A stretch of DNA of 64,000 nucleotides from Chiloscyllium plagiosum (taxonomy: Eukaryota): contig NC_057758.1 in NCBI RefSeq assembly GCF_004010195.1, positions 5,765,997 through 5,829,996 on the forward strand. Reading direction: 5' to 3'. Below, piece after piece: positions 47,721 through 60,333 of the stretch; position 1 is the first letter of the stretch; the number at the start of each line of letters is the position of its first letter. A program made the translations under genes and the position numbers. The notes below the pieces were generated by a model, which worked only from the letters and a program-made list of their open reading frames with translations, was not told where the DNA came from and searched no databases.

Positions 47721-49680
47721 GGCGCACTAATCTCCACATAGCTGAAAACAGACACCAGCTCACAGACACCTTTTCCGACGGCCCACTCAATCACGAGCTC
47801 ACCTGCCACAACCAACCTCTCATGTCGCAGCCTCAAAACTCATAGTCTGGAGACAACGCACTGCCCGGTTCTATCTCCGACCAAAATTCACAAACCTGCT
47901 GCCCTGGTTGTCCTAATGTCTCTCCCAGCTCGTTCCCCAAAGAACATACCCCAGCATACCTTGGCATCCTTCTGTCCAGCTTGATCTAGGATCTCCCCAC
48001 ATATGTTCGGGATGCCTCCGCCTCCATGACTTCCGGTTCTCTGGCTCGCAAACTTCATCTTAAGACATTCTTCTCTCAAGTCGAAGGCCTCCAAGCCCAC
48101 CGTTTCGTCGTCATACGATGACCCAAATCGCATACTTCCACTGAAACGTTCGTCTGATTGTTTGAAATGGACCTCATCCTCAAAAAAAATCTCCTTTCAA
48201 TTCTCCCACTTCCTCTAGGGAAAAGGAGTAACCATGGACATCCGCATAGGCCTCAGCTGTACATGCAACGTTCTCTGGTACGTGGAACAGTCCATCTTCC
48301 GCAGCTAAACTGACACCAATCCCCTCCATTTACTGCGCTTCATCAATGACTCGTTCGGCGCCAGCCCATGCTCCTGCGAGCAGCACGAACAGTTCATCAA
48401 TTTCACCAGTACCTTGTACCCTGATTTCAAATTCACCTGGACCGTCTCCGGCACCTCTCTCCCCTTGCTGGACCTCTCCATCTTCATTTCCGTTGACAGA
48501 CGCAAAACATACATCGACGTCAAGCTCACTGCCTCCCACAGCTACCTGGACGACACGTCGTCACATCTTGGCATTTGTAAAAACGCTATCCATTCCTTCC
48601 AATTCATCTACCGCACATTGTCCCAGGAGGACTAATTCCACCAAAGAAAATCCCGGATGGCCTCCTTCTTCAATGACTGCGAATTCCCTCCCGCTGGTGG
48701 ATGCTGCTCTCAAGTTCATCTCCTCCATTTCGCTCACCTCTGCCCTTGAACCCTACCTCTTCAATCGGATCAAGGACAGAACTCCACGCTCCTCAACTTG
48801 CATTGTATCAATCTCCACATTCAACGAAACATCTTCAGCCATGTCCGCCACCTGGGATGCATTTCACTTTCCACCGCTACCAGCATTCCACAGAGATGAT
48901 AACCACAGAGACTCCATTGTGAGGGCCACATCATCCACCACCGCATCGCCCACACCTGGCACCTTTCCTGAAACCACAGAGACGAAAACTTGCGCGTACA
49001 CCTTCAAACTCACCGCCGTCCATGGTGCTAACTGATCCTTTCGCATTTGTACAGAGATTTAGCTTTGCTTCCACACACATCATCTGTTGTGTCCGTTGGT
49101 TTTGGTGTAGCATACTCGACATTGAGGCGACAGGAGGGCTACTTGTGGAACGTTTCTGCGAACATCTGGAGGAAACATGGACTAAGTAATCCCATCTCCC
49201 TGTTGCAGAACACTTTAACTCCCCCTCCCAACCGTCAAAAACATGCATGTCCTGGATCTCCTTCACCGGCAGACTCTAGACACCCGATGCCTGGAGGAAG
49301 AATGCCTCAACTTCCGCCCATGGCACCCTCCAACCACACGGGATCGATGCAGATTTCACAAGTTCCTTCATTTTCCCCCATCCCATTCGGCACCCCATTC
49401 CAGAGCCAACCTTACAACTCAGCTCCGCCCTATTGAACTGTCCTAACTTTCCATTTTTATTCCCACCAATTAGCTCCAACCTTCTTTCCGAACAATCTCC
49501 ATCATCGCCCACCTCCATCTGAAAATGGCATTCTCAGTTACCTTCCCCAGTATCACCCATTTATCTCTCAGGCCCCTTGAGCCACCCCTCATTCGTGATG
49601 AGCGGCTGATGCTCAAAACTTCAACTCTCCTCCAATTCGCATGCTGCCAGAACTCCTGTGTTTTCCAGCACCACATATTA
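47720..49680 (+). mobile_element. Penelope-like element (RT and GIY-YIG), decayed, inverted relative to its neighbour
   Basis: RTARFY..KIHKP, GVTM..IGLS, RFIND, YPDFKFTW..LPLLDL, HSYLD, TRCLEEECL; degenerate hammerhead terminus ~49590-49625. Confidence 0.85.
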
Positions 49681-49749
49681 CGACACGGGGTACATTCTAA
49701 CAGTGTCTCTGCGTGAGATTATCTGAATATATGAGTGTTTGCCAGTAAT

Positions 49750-49833
49750 TGTGTGTGTGTGTGTGTGTGTCTGTGTGTGTGTGTGTGTGAGCGTGCGTGC
49801 GTGTGAGCGTGTGTGTGTGTATGTGTGCCTGTT

Positions 49834-49865
<32 letters not shown>
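49750..49865 (+). repeat. Interrupted (GT)n microsatellite
   Basis: Direct inspection. Confidence 0.98.
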
Positions 49866-49866
<1 letters not shown>

Positions 49867-50389
49867 TAATGAGTTCGAAAAAGAGAGAGAGAATTTCTCT
49901 GTCCATTTGGGAAAGAATCTGAAAGGTTTTATGTGAGTGATAGTGGGTGTATGCTCTTTTGCAAGAGCGAGAATCTGTGAGAGAGTGTGTGCGTGTGTCT
50001 ATTTGCCTGATAAGCTGCCCTCTTATATTAAATACCTTGAATCTACTGATGCAGAATTCTGATTCAAATATCATGGTCTATCAAACAAATATAGCAAACT
50101 ACTGCAGAGGATTTCAGGTGATCCTTCCAAATTTGCTCGTAGATAATTAAATCCATAGCCACGAGGATAAGAAGGAGAGAAACAATCCAATTCGTCTCCA
50201 GTTATGACTATGTCGACAATGTAATGTAGTCTGGTCCAACATAGCTTTACACTTCACCATATATACCAAGGGGAGTAAGGACGAATCAACAATCCATCTA
50301 CGAGCAAACGTGCATCAGGAAGCAGTTCAGGACAATAAGTGAAGTGTACAACACAATTTAGAAATTTGATAAGGACACTTTGCACTTAC

Positions 50390-50534
50390 GGGGGACACTG
50401 ACAGCAGCAAGTATTGGGTAGTATATCCTCTCAAAATCCTGAATTATACTTTTGATGTAGAAGTCCCCATTCATCCATAAAAAAGCGACGTAGTATATTT
50501 CAAGAATGTATGGATAGAAATCATTGAAATCCAT
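50390..50534 (-). CDS. GPR139/GPR142-like GPCR, exon 1 (N-terminus and start of TM1)
   Basis: MDFNDFYPYILE..FERIYYPILAAVSVP then C|GTAAG donor at 50389; phase 1 joins exon 2 as ..VSVP-L-NTVTIVILFRGKCGLS, giving a 349-aa protein. The choice of ATG is inferred. Confidence 0.88.
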
Positions 50535-50589
50535 GACGCATTTTCTTCCAATGGATGGAGGGTTATTCTGAGCAGTTAAGCCAGGAATC

Positions 50590-50597
50590 CTTTTATG
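50590..50597 (-). promoter_or_regulatory. Candidate TATA-like box (CATAAAAG) of the GPCR gene
   Basis: ~56 nt upstream of the proposed ATG at 50534. Confidence 0.4.
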
Positions 50598-50959
50598 CAG
50601 CAAGGAGAGAAGTCCCTGAGAGACTTTACTCATTAATTGTGGAGTTGACATTAATTCATCATCAACACCTGGGTTCCGTTAATAGGATTGTTTATTCCAT
50701 GTACAGTCACTAAGCAGATGACTTCAGTTATCCCTAGGAATCCAGATGTCTTTTTTTGTTAAACTGAAATGAGCTTGTCAATCTAAACTCAGAAAATTAC
50801 AGAGTGTATGAATCTCTCTTTTTAGCTGGCTGGACCGAGAGCAATAATCTTGGTCTTTTGGAATACAATGTAATTTACAATAAATATTTCTTTTGTTTTA
50901 CGCTGTGTATTGAAATGGGATAAAATGATTATTTTTAAAAACTATGCATGGTTCAAACG

Positions 50960-53900
50960 ATTCTTGCAGGTTTGGTAAGTAAGTCACCTCACGCTCATTG
51001 CTGACTCCATGCGTGAGAATTGCACCCAACTCCAGTGCCTCGAGAACCAAGTTAGGGAACAGCAGGTGGAGCTGTATGAACGTTGGGTCATTTAGAAGGT
51101 GGAGGCAGTTATTGTGAAGAGTTACAGGGAGTTAGTGACTCCACAGCAACGCGACGATGGAAGATAGGTTAACGTCAGGAGTAAGGCAGTGACAATTAGG
51201 CATTGCAGGGATCTTTTGTGGGGATTCTCCGCAACAAGTATACCATTTTAGATACTATTGGAGGAAATATTAACCAGCGTAAGTAATGGGGAAGAGGTCG
51301 CTGGTGCAGTGTCTATCCCTGCTGCTCACTGCGGAATGGGAAGAAGAGCAGAGCTTTCGTCATTGGTGAGTCCATAGTAAGGAGAAGAGATAGGAGCTTG
51401 TGTGGGAAAGAGGGTAACACACGATTGGTTTGTGGCCTCCCAGGTGTCAACGTTCGTGATGTTGCAAGGCTTAGAAAGTGTGAACGCTGGGAATTCGTTT
51501 CTATTAGATCTCCCCTCAACCTGCGCAACTTCGATGAATACGATCCCAGCATCCTCAGCCATTCATCATATATGAGGCCTAACATTCCAGGGATCATCCG
51601 TGTGAAACCCCGCTGGAAATGCTCCAGTGCAAGTACGCCCTTCCTGAGGTATGGGGCCCAAAACTCGACATAGTATTCTAAACGCATCCTAACCAGAGCT
51701 TTATAAAGTCTCAATAGCACATCTCTCCTTTTACATTCCAACTCTCTTGAGAAAAATAACAACATTAAATTTGCTTTCTTAACCACTGCAGGTGGAGCTG
51801 GATGAACGTCGGGTCATTCACAAGGCGGAGGCAGTTATTGGGAGGAGTTACAGGGAGTTAGTTACTCCAAAGCCACGCGAAGAAGGTGGATGGTCTATCG
51901 TCAGGCGTTGGGGAGGGAACCATTAAGCAGTACAGTGATCTTCTGTGGTGATTCGCCGCAAAAAATAATGCTATTTTGGATACTGTTGGGGGAACGACTA
52001 ACCAGGCGTAAGTAATGGGAAGAGGTCGCTGGGACAGAGTCTATCCCTGCTGCTCAGTGAGGAAGGGGAAGAGAAGCAGAGGTTTGTCATTGGGGAGTCA
52101 TAGTCAGGAGAAGAGAGAGGAGGTTTTGTGGAAACGAGAGTAAGTCACGATTGGATTGTCGCTTCCCAGGTGCCAAGTTCGCAATGTCGCTGATGGTGTT
52201 TTGGGATCCTTGACGGGGAATGGAAGCAGACCCAAGTCGTTGTCCACATCGGCACCGACGACAGAAGTAGGAAGATAGGTGGTGACCGAAGGCAAAAGTT
52301 CAGGCAGCTAGTTTGGAAGCTTACAGCTAGAACAAACAGAGTTGTTATCTCTGGTTTGTTGCCCGTGGCACATACTAGTGAAGCGAGGTATAGTGAGCGA
52401 GCAGAGCTGAATGGATAGCTGCAAAAATGGTGCAGGAGGCAGGGTTTTTGATTCTTTGATAATTGGATCTCTTTCTGGGGAAGGTGGGTTCTCTACAAAC
52501 AGGAAGTTCTTCATCTATACTAGAGCGATATCAATATTTTCGGTGGGAAATTTGCTTCTGCTCCTTGGGAGGCTGGGGAAGGTAAAACAATGCAAGGGTG
52601 TTACGTGAACCTGAATTGTCGTTCCAGCAGACAGACGGTTGAGGGTAGTAAGGTCTGGGATAGTTTTGCAAGTTCGTGAGAGGTTATTGGCAACTAGGAT
52701 GTTGGTTTGAAATGTGTGTACTTCAATGCCAGGAGCATCCATGAGACCAAAGGACATAGGAATGGAAGTAAGGCCATTCGTCCCATCGAGTCCATTCCTT
52801 GATTCCAACATGTCTGATGGGCATTCCAACGCCACTTACCTGCACTCTCCCCCATCCCTGCGAGATTAAGAATTTATCATGCTCTGCCTTGAAGACATTT
52901 TACGTCTCGGTCTCACTACCCTCTGTAGTAATAAATTTCACAACTCCACCACTCTCTGGTTGAAGAAATGTCTCCTCATTTCCGTTTTAAATTGAACTCC
53001 ACTAATTCTCAGGCTGTGCCCCCGGCTCCTTGTATTCCTGTCTGACTTTATATTAGATCTTCTCTCAACCTTCTAAACGGCAATGAATACGATCCCAGGA
53101 TCCTCAGCCTTCCATTTTATGTTAGGCCTAACATTCCAGGAATTATCCGTGTGAAACTCTGCTAGAAATGCTCCAGTCCCAGTACGTTTTTCCTGCGTTG
53201 TGGGGCCCAAAACTAGACATAGTATTCTAAATAGCTTCTAACCAGAGTTTTGTAAAGTCTCAGTAGCGCATCTTTCGTTTTACATTCAAACTCTCTTAAG
53301 AAAAATTACAAAGTTACATTTGCTTTCTGAACCACAGACTCAACTTGCAAGTCAACCTTCAGAAAACCTGGAGTAGCACTCGCTGTTAGGTTTGTACTTT
53401 GGCTATAGAAATGTTCTCACCGTTAGAAAATCAACAGTCCCTTTATCACTTTTTTCCGAAGTGCAAGACCTCGCTTTTGCTCTGGCATAAGATGGATGAT
53501 CTTGCATCATGGGTTGGTCCCCAGGACATCGACCTTGTGATCATTTAAGAGACATGATTCGAGGAAGGACAAGAATGGCTTTCGTAGATTCCGGGATTTA
53601 GATGTGTCAGTAAGATGAGAGAAGATGGTAAAGGTAAGTGTGGCATTGTTAATTAAGGATAGCATTACAGCAGTTGAGAGATCGGTTGAGGACTCAGCTA
53701 CTGAGGCAATTTGGGATGATGTTGGAAACAAGAAAGGAGAGGTCACCTATTTGCCGGTTTCTATAGACCTCCAAATTGTTCCAGCAATATAGAAAGGATA
53801 GAAAAGACCATTCTCAATAGCAGCGAGAGTAATATGTTTTTGTTGGTGGATGGTGGGCTAGAAATGTTTAAGTTAGCCAGAATAGATCTAAAGAGATAAG

Positions 53901-55700
53901 AACAAGAAGAATCAGAAGGGGACAAGAGGGGTCGTTGGCGGATAGAATCAAGGAAAGCCACAAATAATTCAACGGGTATATCAGGAATAAAAGAATGATT
54001 CGGGTAAGATTCAGGCCAATCGAAGGTAATAGTGGAAATTTCATTTTAGAATCTGAGGAATAAGGGAAGCATTCACATTGGAAAAGGGCAATGTTGTTGA
54101 GAATACAGAGACACAGGCAACAATATTGTATGGGACTGAGGTTGACAAAGATGGGTCTTTCGCAATTTTGGAAAATCTGAAAATAGGAAAGACTCTGGGC
54201 CAGATGGGATTTATCCACAGATTCTCTTGCAAACCAGGGAGGAGTTTGCAGAGACTTTGAGTTCTATATTTATGTCATGATTATTGACAGGAGGAGTGCC
54301 AAAAGTCTGGAGGATAGTAAATGTTGTTCCCCTGTTTAAGAATGGGATTCGGGACAACCGTGGTAATTCTAGGTCATTGAGCTTTACTTTCATTGACGGT
54401 AAGATGTTGGAAAAATTAATTTTTCCATAGATAGAATTTATAATCACCTGGAAAAGAATAATTTATTTATGCCTCGTCAACACGGTTCTGTGAAGGTTGG
54501 GTCATGCTTCATTTACATTACAAATTTTCTCGAGAAGGTGAAAATACAGGTGGACGAAGGTAAACCGTTGCTATGGTGTACATGGAATCAGTAAGGCGTT
54601 TAATAAGGTTCCACACGATAGTATATTGCACAAAATATGGCGTTTCGGGATTGAAGCTGATTAAGCGGTTTGAAGCAGAAATTGGCTAGCTGAAAGAAGA
54701 CAAAGCGTGGTGATTGATGGGAAATGTTCATCCTGAAGTTCAGTTACCAGTGGCGTGCCATCAGGATCTGTTCTGAGCACACTGCGGTTTGTCATTTTTA
54801 CAAATGATCCAGATGTGGGTTTGGAAATAAGGGTTAATACATTTGTGGATCACACTAAGGTAGGTACAGTTGCAGATAGTGACGAAGGATGTTGTGGTTT
54901 GCAGTGGGTCACAAGTACTTTGCAGAGCTGGGCTGAAAAATGGCAAATGGAGGTTAATGCGGAAAATTGTGAGGTCGTTCACTTCAGAAGAAATAACAGG
55001 AATGCAGAGTACTGGGCTATTGATAAAATTCTTAGCAACAGAGAGATTTTCGTGTCCTGATACATAAATCCATGCAAGTGGTTGGTAGGGTTGTCGACAA
55101 TGCAACTGGTGTGTTGGCGTTTATTGGTAGAGGGATTGAGTTTAGGAGCCACGTGGTCATCCGTAAGCTCGACAAGACAATAGTAAGGATGCTCCTGGAA
55201 ATTGTGTGCAGTACTGGTCACAGCATTGTTAGAAAAACGTGGACATTTTGGAATAGGGTTCAGAGGAGATTTACTGGGATACTGCCTGGTAAGAAAGGAA
55301 TTTCTTACGAGGGCACTGAGGCTTGGAGAGAAGAGGATTGGGAGGTGACTTTATCGAGACGTATAAGAAAATCTGAACGTTCGATAGAGTGGACAGTGAG
55401 AGCCATTTTACTCTAACGGTGAAGGCTAATACAAGGAGGCAAATTTTTCAATTAAGCGGTGATAGATTTAGGACTGTTATTCCGGATATTTTCTTCAAAG
55501 AGAGAGTAGTAGTGCAGTGGAATGGCCTGCCTGCAACAATAATGGACTTGCCAACATTAAGGACATTTAAATGGGCACTGGACATACAGTTGGATAATAA
55601 TGGAATAGTGTAGGTTAGGTGGGCATCAGATTATTTTCACAGGTCGGCCCAGCATCGAGTGCTGCAGGGATTGGATTGTGCTGTAACGTTCGACATTCTA
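50960..55700 (+). mobile_element. Long decayed CR1 LINE (ORF1 partly duplicated, ORF2, 3' UTR) with nested minus-strand CR1 3' fragments at ~51497-51787 and ~52742-53485
   Basis: VIGESIVR, KCVYFNARSI, VPSGSVL and FVDHTKVG on +; RLEYYVEFWAPYL on -. Confidence 0.88.
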
Positions 55701-55829
55701 CGTTCTGTGATCATTGTAAGCACTGTTTACACAGCTTTTGTCTCAACAATCGGGTGGGGAGTGACAGACGAGCCTCAGATCGGGCTAACGTGAAATATGC
55801 TAAGCTGTGTCAAGTGAGTAGACGTAAAG

Positions 55830-58800
55830 ATCTATAGGACAGGTGCAGGCCAATGCGCCAATCCTTTCAGCACTGGTAACCCATCCAATGAACATTTTGA
55901 ATCACATTTTGCTGCACTCACATTTAACCGCGCATGGCTTGGCATTACACATGCTCATGTAAATACTTCTTTCATGCTATGAAGGTTTCCCCCTTGAGCA
56001 ACATTCCAATAGTGAGTTCCCTATTGTCACTACTCTCTGTGTGAAAAAGGCTCCATATCGCTTGATCCTGACTTTAAATCTATGCCACCTGTCCATTGTT
56101 GCCTCCCTGAAAGAATAAAATTTCGTCCTGTCCACTCTGTTCATGCAGCTGATAACTTTATATATCTCAATCACATCCCCTCTCTGTCTGCTCTCCTGTC
56201 ATGCAAGCAACCCCAGTTTGTGTAATCTCTCTTCATAACTGAACCTTTCCTGATAAATCCCCACTTCACCCACCAAATCATTATTTCACCCTTGGTAGTG
56301 GAATGACATAACTCTGTAATGTGCATTCTGGAACGTGTGCAGTGCTCTAGTTGTGGCCAACCCAACGTTGAATGCTGTTCCAGGACGCAAACACTATATT
56401 TCGATGAACAAATGCATGTACACCATATGCCTTCTTAATCATTTTATCCAGGAATCCTGACATACTATAGAACAGGTGGCACGGTGGTTCAATTGTTACC
56501 ACAGCTGCAAGTATTATCAGGGACCTGGGCTTGATTGAAAACCTCAGACGACTGTCTGTGAGGAGTTTGCACGTTATCCACGTTTATGAATGGGTTTCTG
56601 CCTGCTGGTCCTGTTTCCATCCACAGTCAAAAGATGTGTGGATTATGAAAAATTGTCCATAGTTTTCAAGGATGTGTATTTTGTGTGCGGTTGCCAGGGA
56701 AATGAAGGATTACAGGAATAAGGGGTGGATCTGGGTGGGATGCTCTTTTAGGGTTGGTGTGGGCTTGTTGGGCCGAATGGCCTGTTTACACACTGTCGGG
56801 ATTCCCTGGTGACAAACACTTTAAGGTTCCTCTGTTCCTCGGTGCGAGTCAGAGTTTGATTGTTCACCATGCATGCTATATTCTCATTTGTCCAGACAAA
56901 GCGCATCATCTGGCATATCTCCAGGTTGAAATCCATTTGCCTCTGATCATCCTATCTGCGTCTTCCTGCAAGCTACGATTATCCTCCTCACAATTTATCA
57001 CGACAACATTTTATTTCTGTGTGAAGTTATTAATCACACATCTGATTGCCTTCCAAGAACGCTTTATTTGGCTCTTAGGTCGCTAAATAGCTTGGGGAGA
57101 AGGCTGTTGGACCGTAAACATCACAAATCTACAAGATCCAAACTTTCCTTTAGTTGATGGATGTATAAAACATGGATACAGACATTTCCCATAACCATTT
57201 GCTCTGAGGCTTTTAATGAGAATGGCCTTTCCAATTTCGAACTTGGCAATATATATCATCTGCAAATAATTCAAAGAAGCCAAAAAATGAAGGTCGAGAA
57301 ACAATACAATAAGGAAAAAAAATGTCCTTGCCAGTAATGCTTATGGCGCGGGGTCGGTTAATTATCTTTCGATCTTTCCCTACGCCTATGACATCAATAC
57401 TTTTAACCGTGCCTGTATCTCTGTATTGCGGGAAATATATCAGTGACTTAGTCCTTTCATTGTTAGACTTTTTTATCAACAGTTCATGACTAAGTACTTG
57501 TGTCGAGAGACCCTCCTTTTGAACATTTTCTATCCATATAGATGAACGAGTGCCTTTTACATGTTCTTAATGTACTCACATTAAACACTTTCTCTGGAAG
57601 ATCATTCTATTTGTGCACCACCTTCTAAGCAAAAAATACTGCCCCTCATGTTCGCTCTTATTTTTTTCCCTCTAAACTTAAACTGATGCCATACTTTCCC
57701 TGATTCCACAATCCTGGGAAAAAGACACAGTGAATCAATACTTTTCATTATCTTATATAATTCTTTGAGCTCCCCTCTCAGTCTCGGAAGCTCTATTATC
57801 AGGAGTCCACGCTTGTCCAAACTCTGCCGATATCTCAAACCGCTGAGTCCTGGAAACATCCTTTCTAATTTGTTAAACACTCTTTCCAGTTAACTAACAG
57901 CTTTCCTTTAACGATTTGGCCAAAACTGAACACAATGTGCGGCCTCACCAAAATCCTGTACAACTACACTATTACTTTGCAACGTCGATTCTCAGTGGAT
58001 TAACCAATGAGGGTGCCAAAAACTTTCTTCACTGTCATATCTAGCTTTGGCTCCACTTGCAGAGAACTGTTCACCAGATCTCCAAGGTCCCTCTGTTCCA
58101 CTACGCTCTTTACAGCCCTACAATTCAGCATGATTTGATTTTGAAAAATGCAAGACCTCACACTTATTTACATTACACTCCGATTTGCCCGCGTCCCAAG
58201 CTGACCAAGTTTCTGAAGCAAGTTCTGATAATCTTATCAACGTGAAGGATATCTTCTATTTTGCAACATCTACACAATTACTAATCATGCCTTGTACATT
58301 CTCTTTCAAATCATTGACATAAATAACAAATAGAAATGAGCATATTCACATGTTTCCCGTCCAACAAGCATCTTTTCACTATTAACGTCTTCTCCCTACC
58401 ATTAAGAAAAAGTGCATATAGTTTGCCGGATGTATGCAATCTTACTTTCCAGAGCAGCCTCCCACGTAGAAGATGACCAAAGGCCTTTACTTGCAAACAG
58501 ACTGCTCCAATCAACCTCTACATTCTTTGGTCTATTTCCATCAAAATTCGCCTTGCTCTAATTTCGCACTTGAACCTTAGGAACAGTTTTCTCCCTGTCC
58601 AGAATGATATTACAGGTATTAGAACTATGGCCACTGGTTTCAAACTGCTCTGCCACTGTCATCTCCGTCATCTGTTTTGCACTATATCCCAAGTTTAGGT
58701 CGAGATTATGAATATGGGCTGTTAGTACCAGCCCATATTCATAAAATTAAAATCCCCAAGCAAGACAACCCAAATGCTCGAGCAAGCTCTGAAAACTCCA

Positions 58801-58900
58801 TGCATATTTACCCCACTAATTCCCGTTGTTTATTTCTTTGTTGTTCCGTAAAAATTGCAACTTTAATTTTCAGAGAACCCTTGTAAATTTTAAATGACAG
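55830..58900 (-). mobile_element. Series of old minus-strand CR1 fragments (with some unassigned sequence at ~57050-57500)
   Basis: ORFs 55977-56936 and 57602-57880 give CR1 RT C-terminal motifs (RLRGELKELYKIMK). Confidence 0.7.
56475..56805 (+). mobile_element. tRNA-derived SINE (HE1-like) inserted in a CR1 fragment
   Basis: GGTGGCACGGTGG head, GGAGTTTGCAC body, TTGGGCCGAATGGCCTGTTT..GGGATTC 3' end. Confidence 0.8.
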
Positions 58901-59009
58901 AGCGGAAGGAAGGCGTGTATTCAGACATTGGAATGGATAGCCTGGATAGTCTTCTTTCCCAATACACAAAATGTTCTTTCATATCCCCTTAGAGTTCTCT
59001 GATAAGATT

Positions 59010-59312
59010 GGCGTGTCTCGGTGGCTCAGTGGTTAGCACTGCCGCCTCCCAGCGCCACGTGACCTGGTTTGATTTCAGCTTCGGGCGACATTCTGAGTGG
59101 AGTTTGCACATTCAACCCATATCTGCAATCGGTTCCTCCTGGAATTCTGGTTACATCCTACAATCAAAGGATTTGTCCATGTTAAATTGCGCATAGTGTT
59201 CAGGGATGTGCATGTTAGGTGCACTAGTCAGAGGCAAATTTAGACGAGTGGGAATGGGTTTGCTGGATACGTGTCAGGTCTCAAGGCCTGCGTCCACGCA
59301 GTCGGGATTCTA
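59010..59312 (+). mobile_element. tRNA-derived SINE (HE1-like)
   Basis: A box TGGCTCAGTGG at 59022, B-box-like GGTTTGATTTC, GGGATTCT 3' end. Confidence 0.85.
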
Positions 59313-59833
59313 AGATCAGAAAAGCATATGTAAGGAAGGATATGTTGACATTGGAAGAAGTGCAATTTAGTTTTACGTCAATGATGTCTGGACGTCACGG
59401 ATAGAGGTTTTGAGAGTAGATTATACAACGAAGACACTTTTGTCAATAATTTTGAAGTGATTCGTGAGATCTGGAGTGTATCTCAGAAAAACAATTCGAA
59501 AAACGACAGACAGGTGAAGATGAATTATTTTATTCAAGAATTAGCAGGCACAGACTGAAAATTATGTTCACGGACTTTAAACTTGATGTTAGCAAATACT
59601 TCTATACACAAAGGATGGGTGGTAGATGTTTTAAAATGTCTTCCACAAACGGCATTGGATATTGAACTAGTTGTTGATCAGAAATCTAAGAGAGACATAT
59701 TTTTGCTCATCCAAAAGTAAGCAGGCGTTTTTGCTGTGCAATAAGGGAACTCAATGTTGAATCCTGAAGTCTGCAGGGAACTCCAAGTAGAACCCAGGCA
59801 CTCCAGAAAATGAGTTTTGAAAGGTCACAGGTG

Positions 59834-60333
59834 NNNNNNNNNNNNNNNNNNNNNNNNNNNNNNNNNNNNNNNNNNNNNNNNNNNNNNNNNNNNNNNNNNN
59901 NNNNNNNNNNNNNNNNNNNNNNNNNNNNNNNNNNNNNNNNNNNNNNNNNNNNNNNNNNNNNNNNNNNNNNNNNNNNNNNNNNNNNNNNNNNNNNNNNNNN
60001 NNNNNNNNNNNNNNNNNNNNNNNNNNNNNNNNNNNNNNNNNNNNNNNNNNNNNNNNNNNNNNNNNNNNNNNNNNNNNNNNNNNNNNNNNNNNNNNNNNNN
60101 NNNNNNNNNNNNNNNNNNNNNNNNNNNNNNNNNNNNNNNNNNNNNNNNNNNNNNNNNNNNNNNNNNNNNNNNNNNNNNNNNNNNNNNNNNNNNNNNNNNN
60201 NNNNNNNNNNNNNNNNNNNNNNNNNNNNNNNNNNNNNNNNNNNNNNNNNNNNNNNNNNNNNNNNNNNNNNNNNNNNNNNNNNNNNNNNNNNNNNNNNNNN
60301 NNNNNNNNNNNNNNNNNNNNNNNNNNNNNNNNN
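59834..60333. other. Assembly gap (exactly 500 N; probably a placeholder size)
   Basis: Run of n. Confidence 1.

Noticed and set aside
49697..50074. His/Thr-repeat and Cys/Val-repeat ORFs
   Set aside because: Translations of the (GT)n microsatellite
50535..50651. Longer N-terminal extension of exon 1 from the ATG at 50651
   Set aside because: In frame, but it spans the TATA-like box and shows no recognisable features; not excluded, but 50534 is preferred
59016..59085. tRNA gene (also 23975-24042)
   Set aside because: A and B boxes belong to SINE heads; no convincing cloverleaf, and SINE body follows
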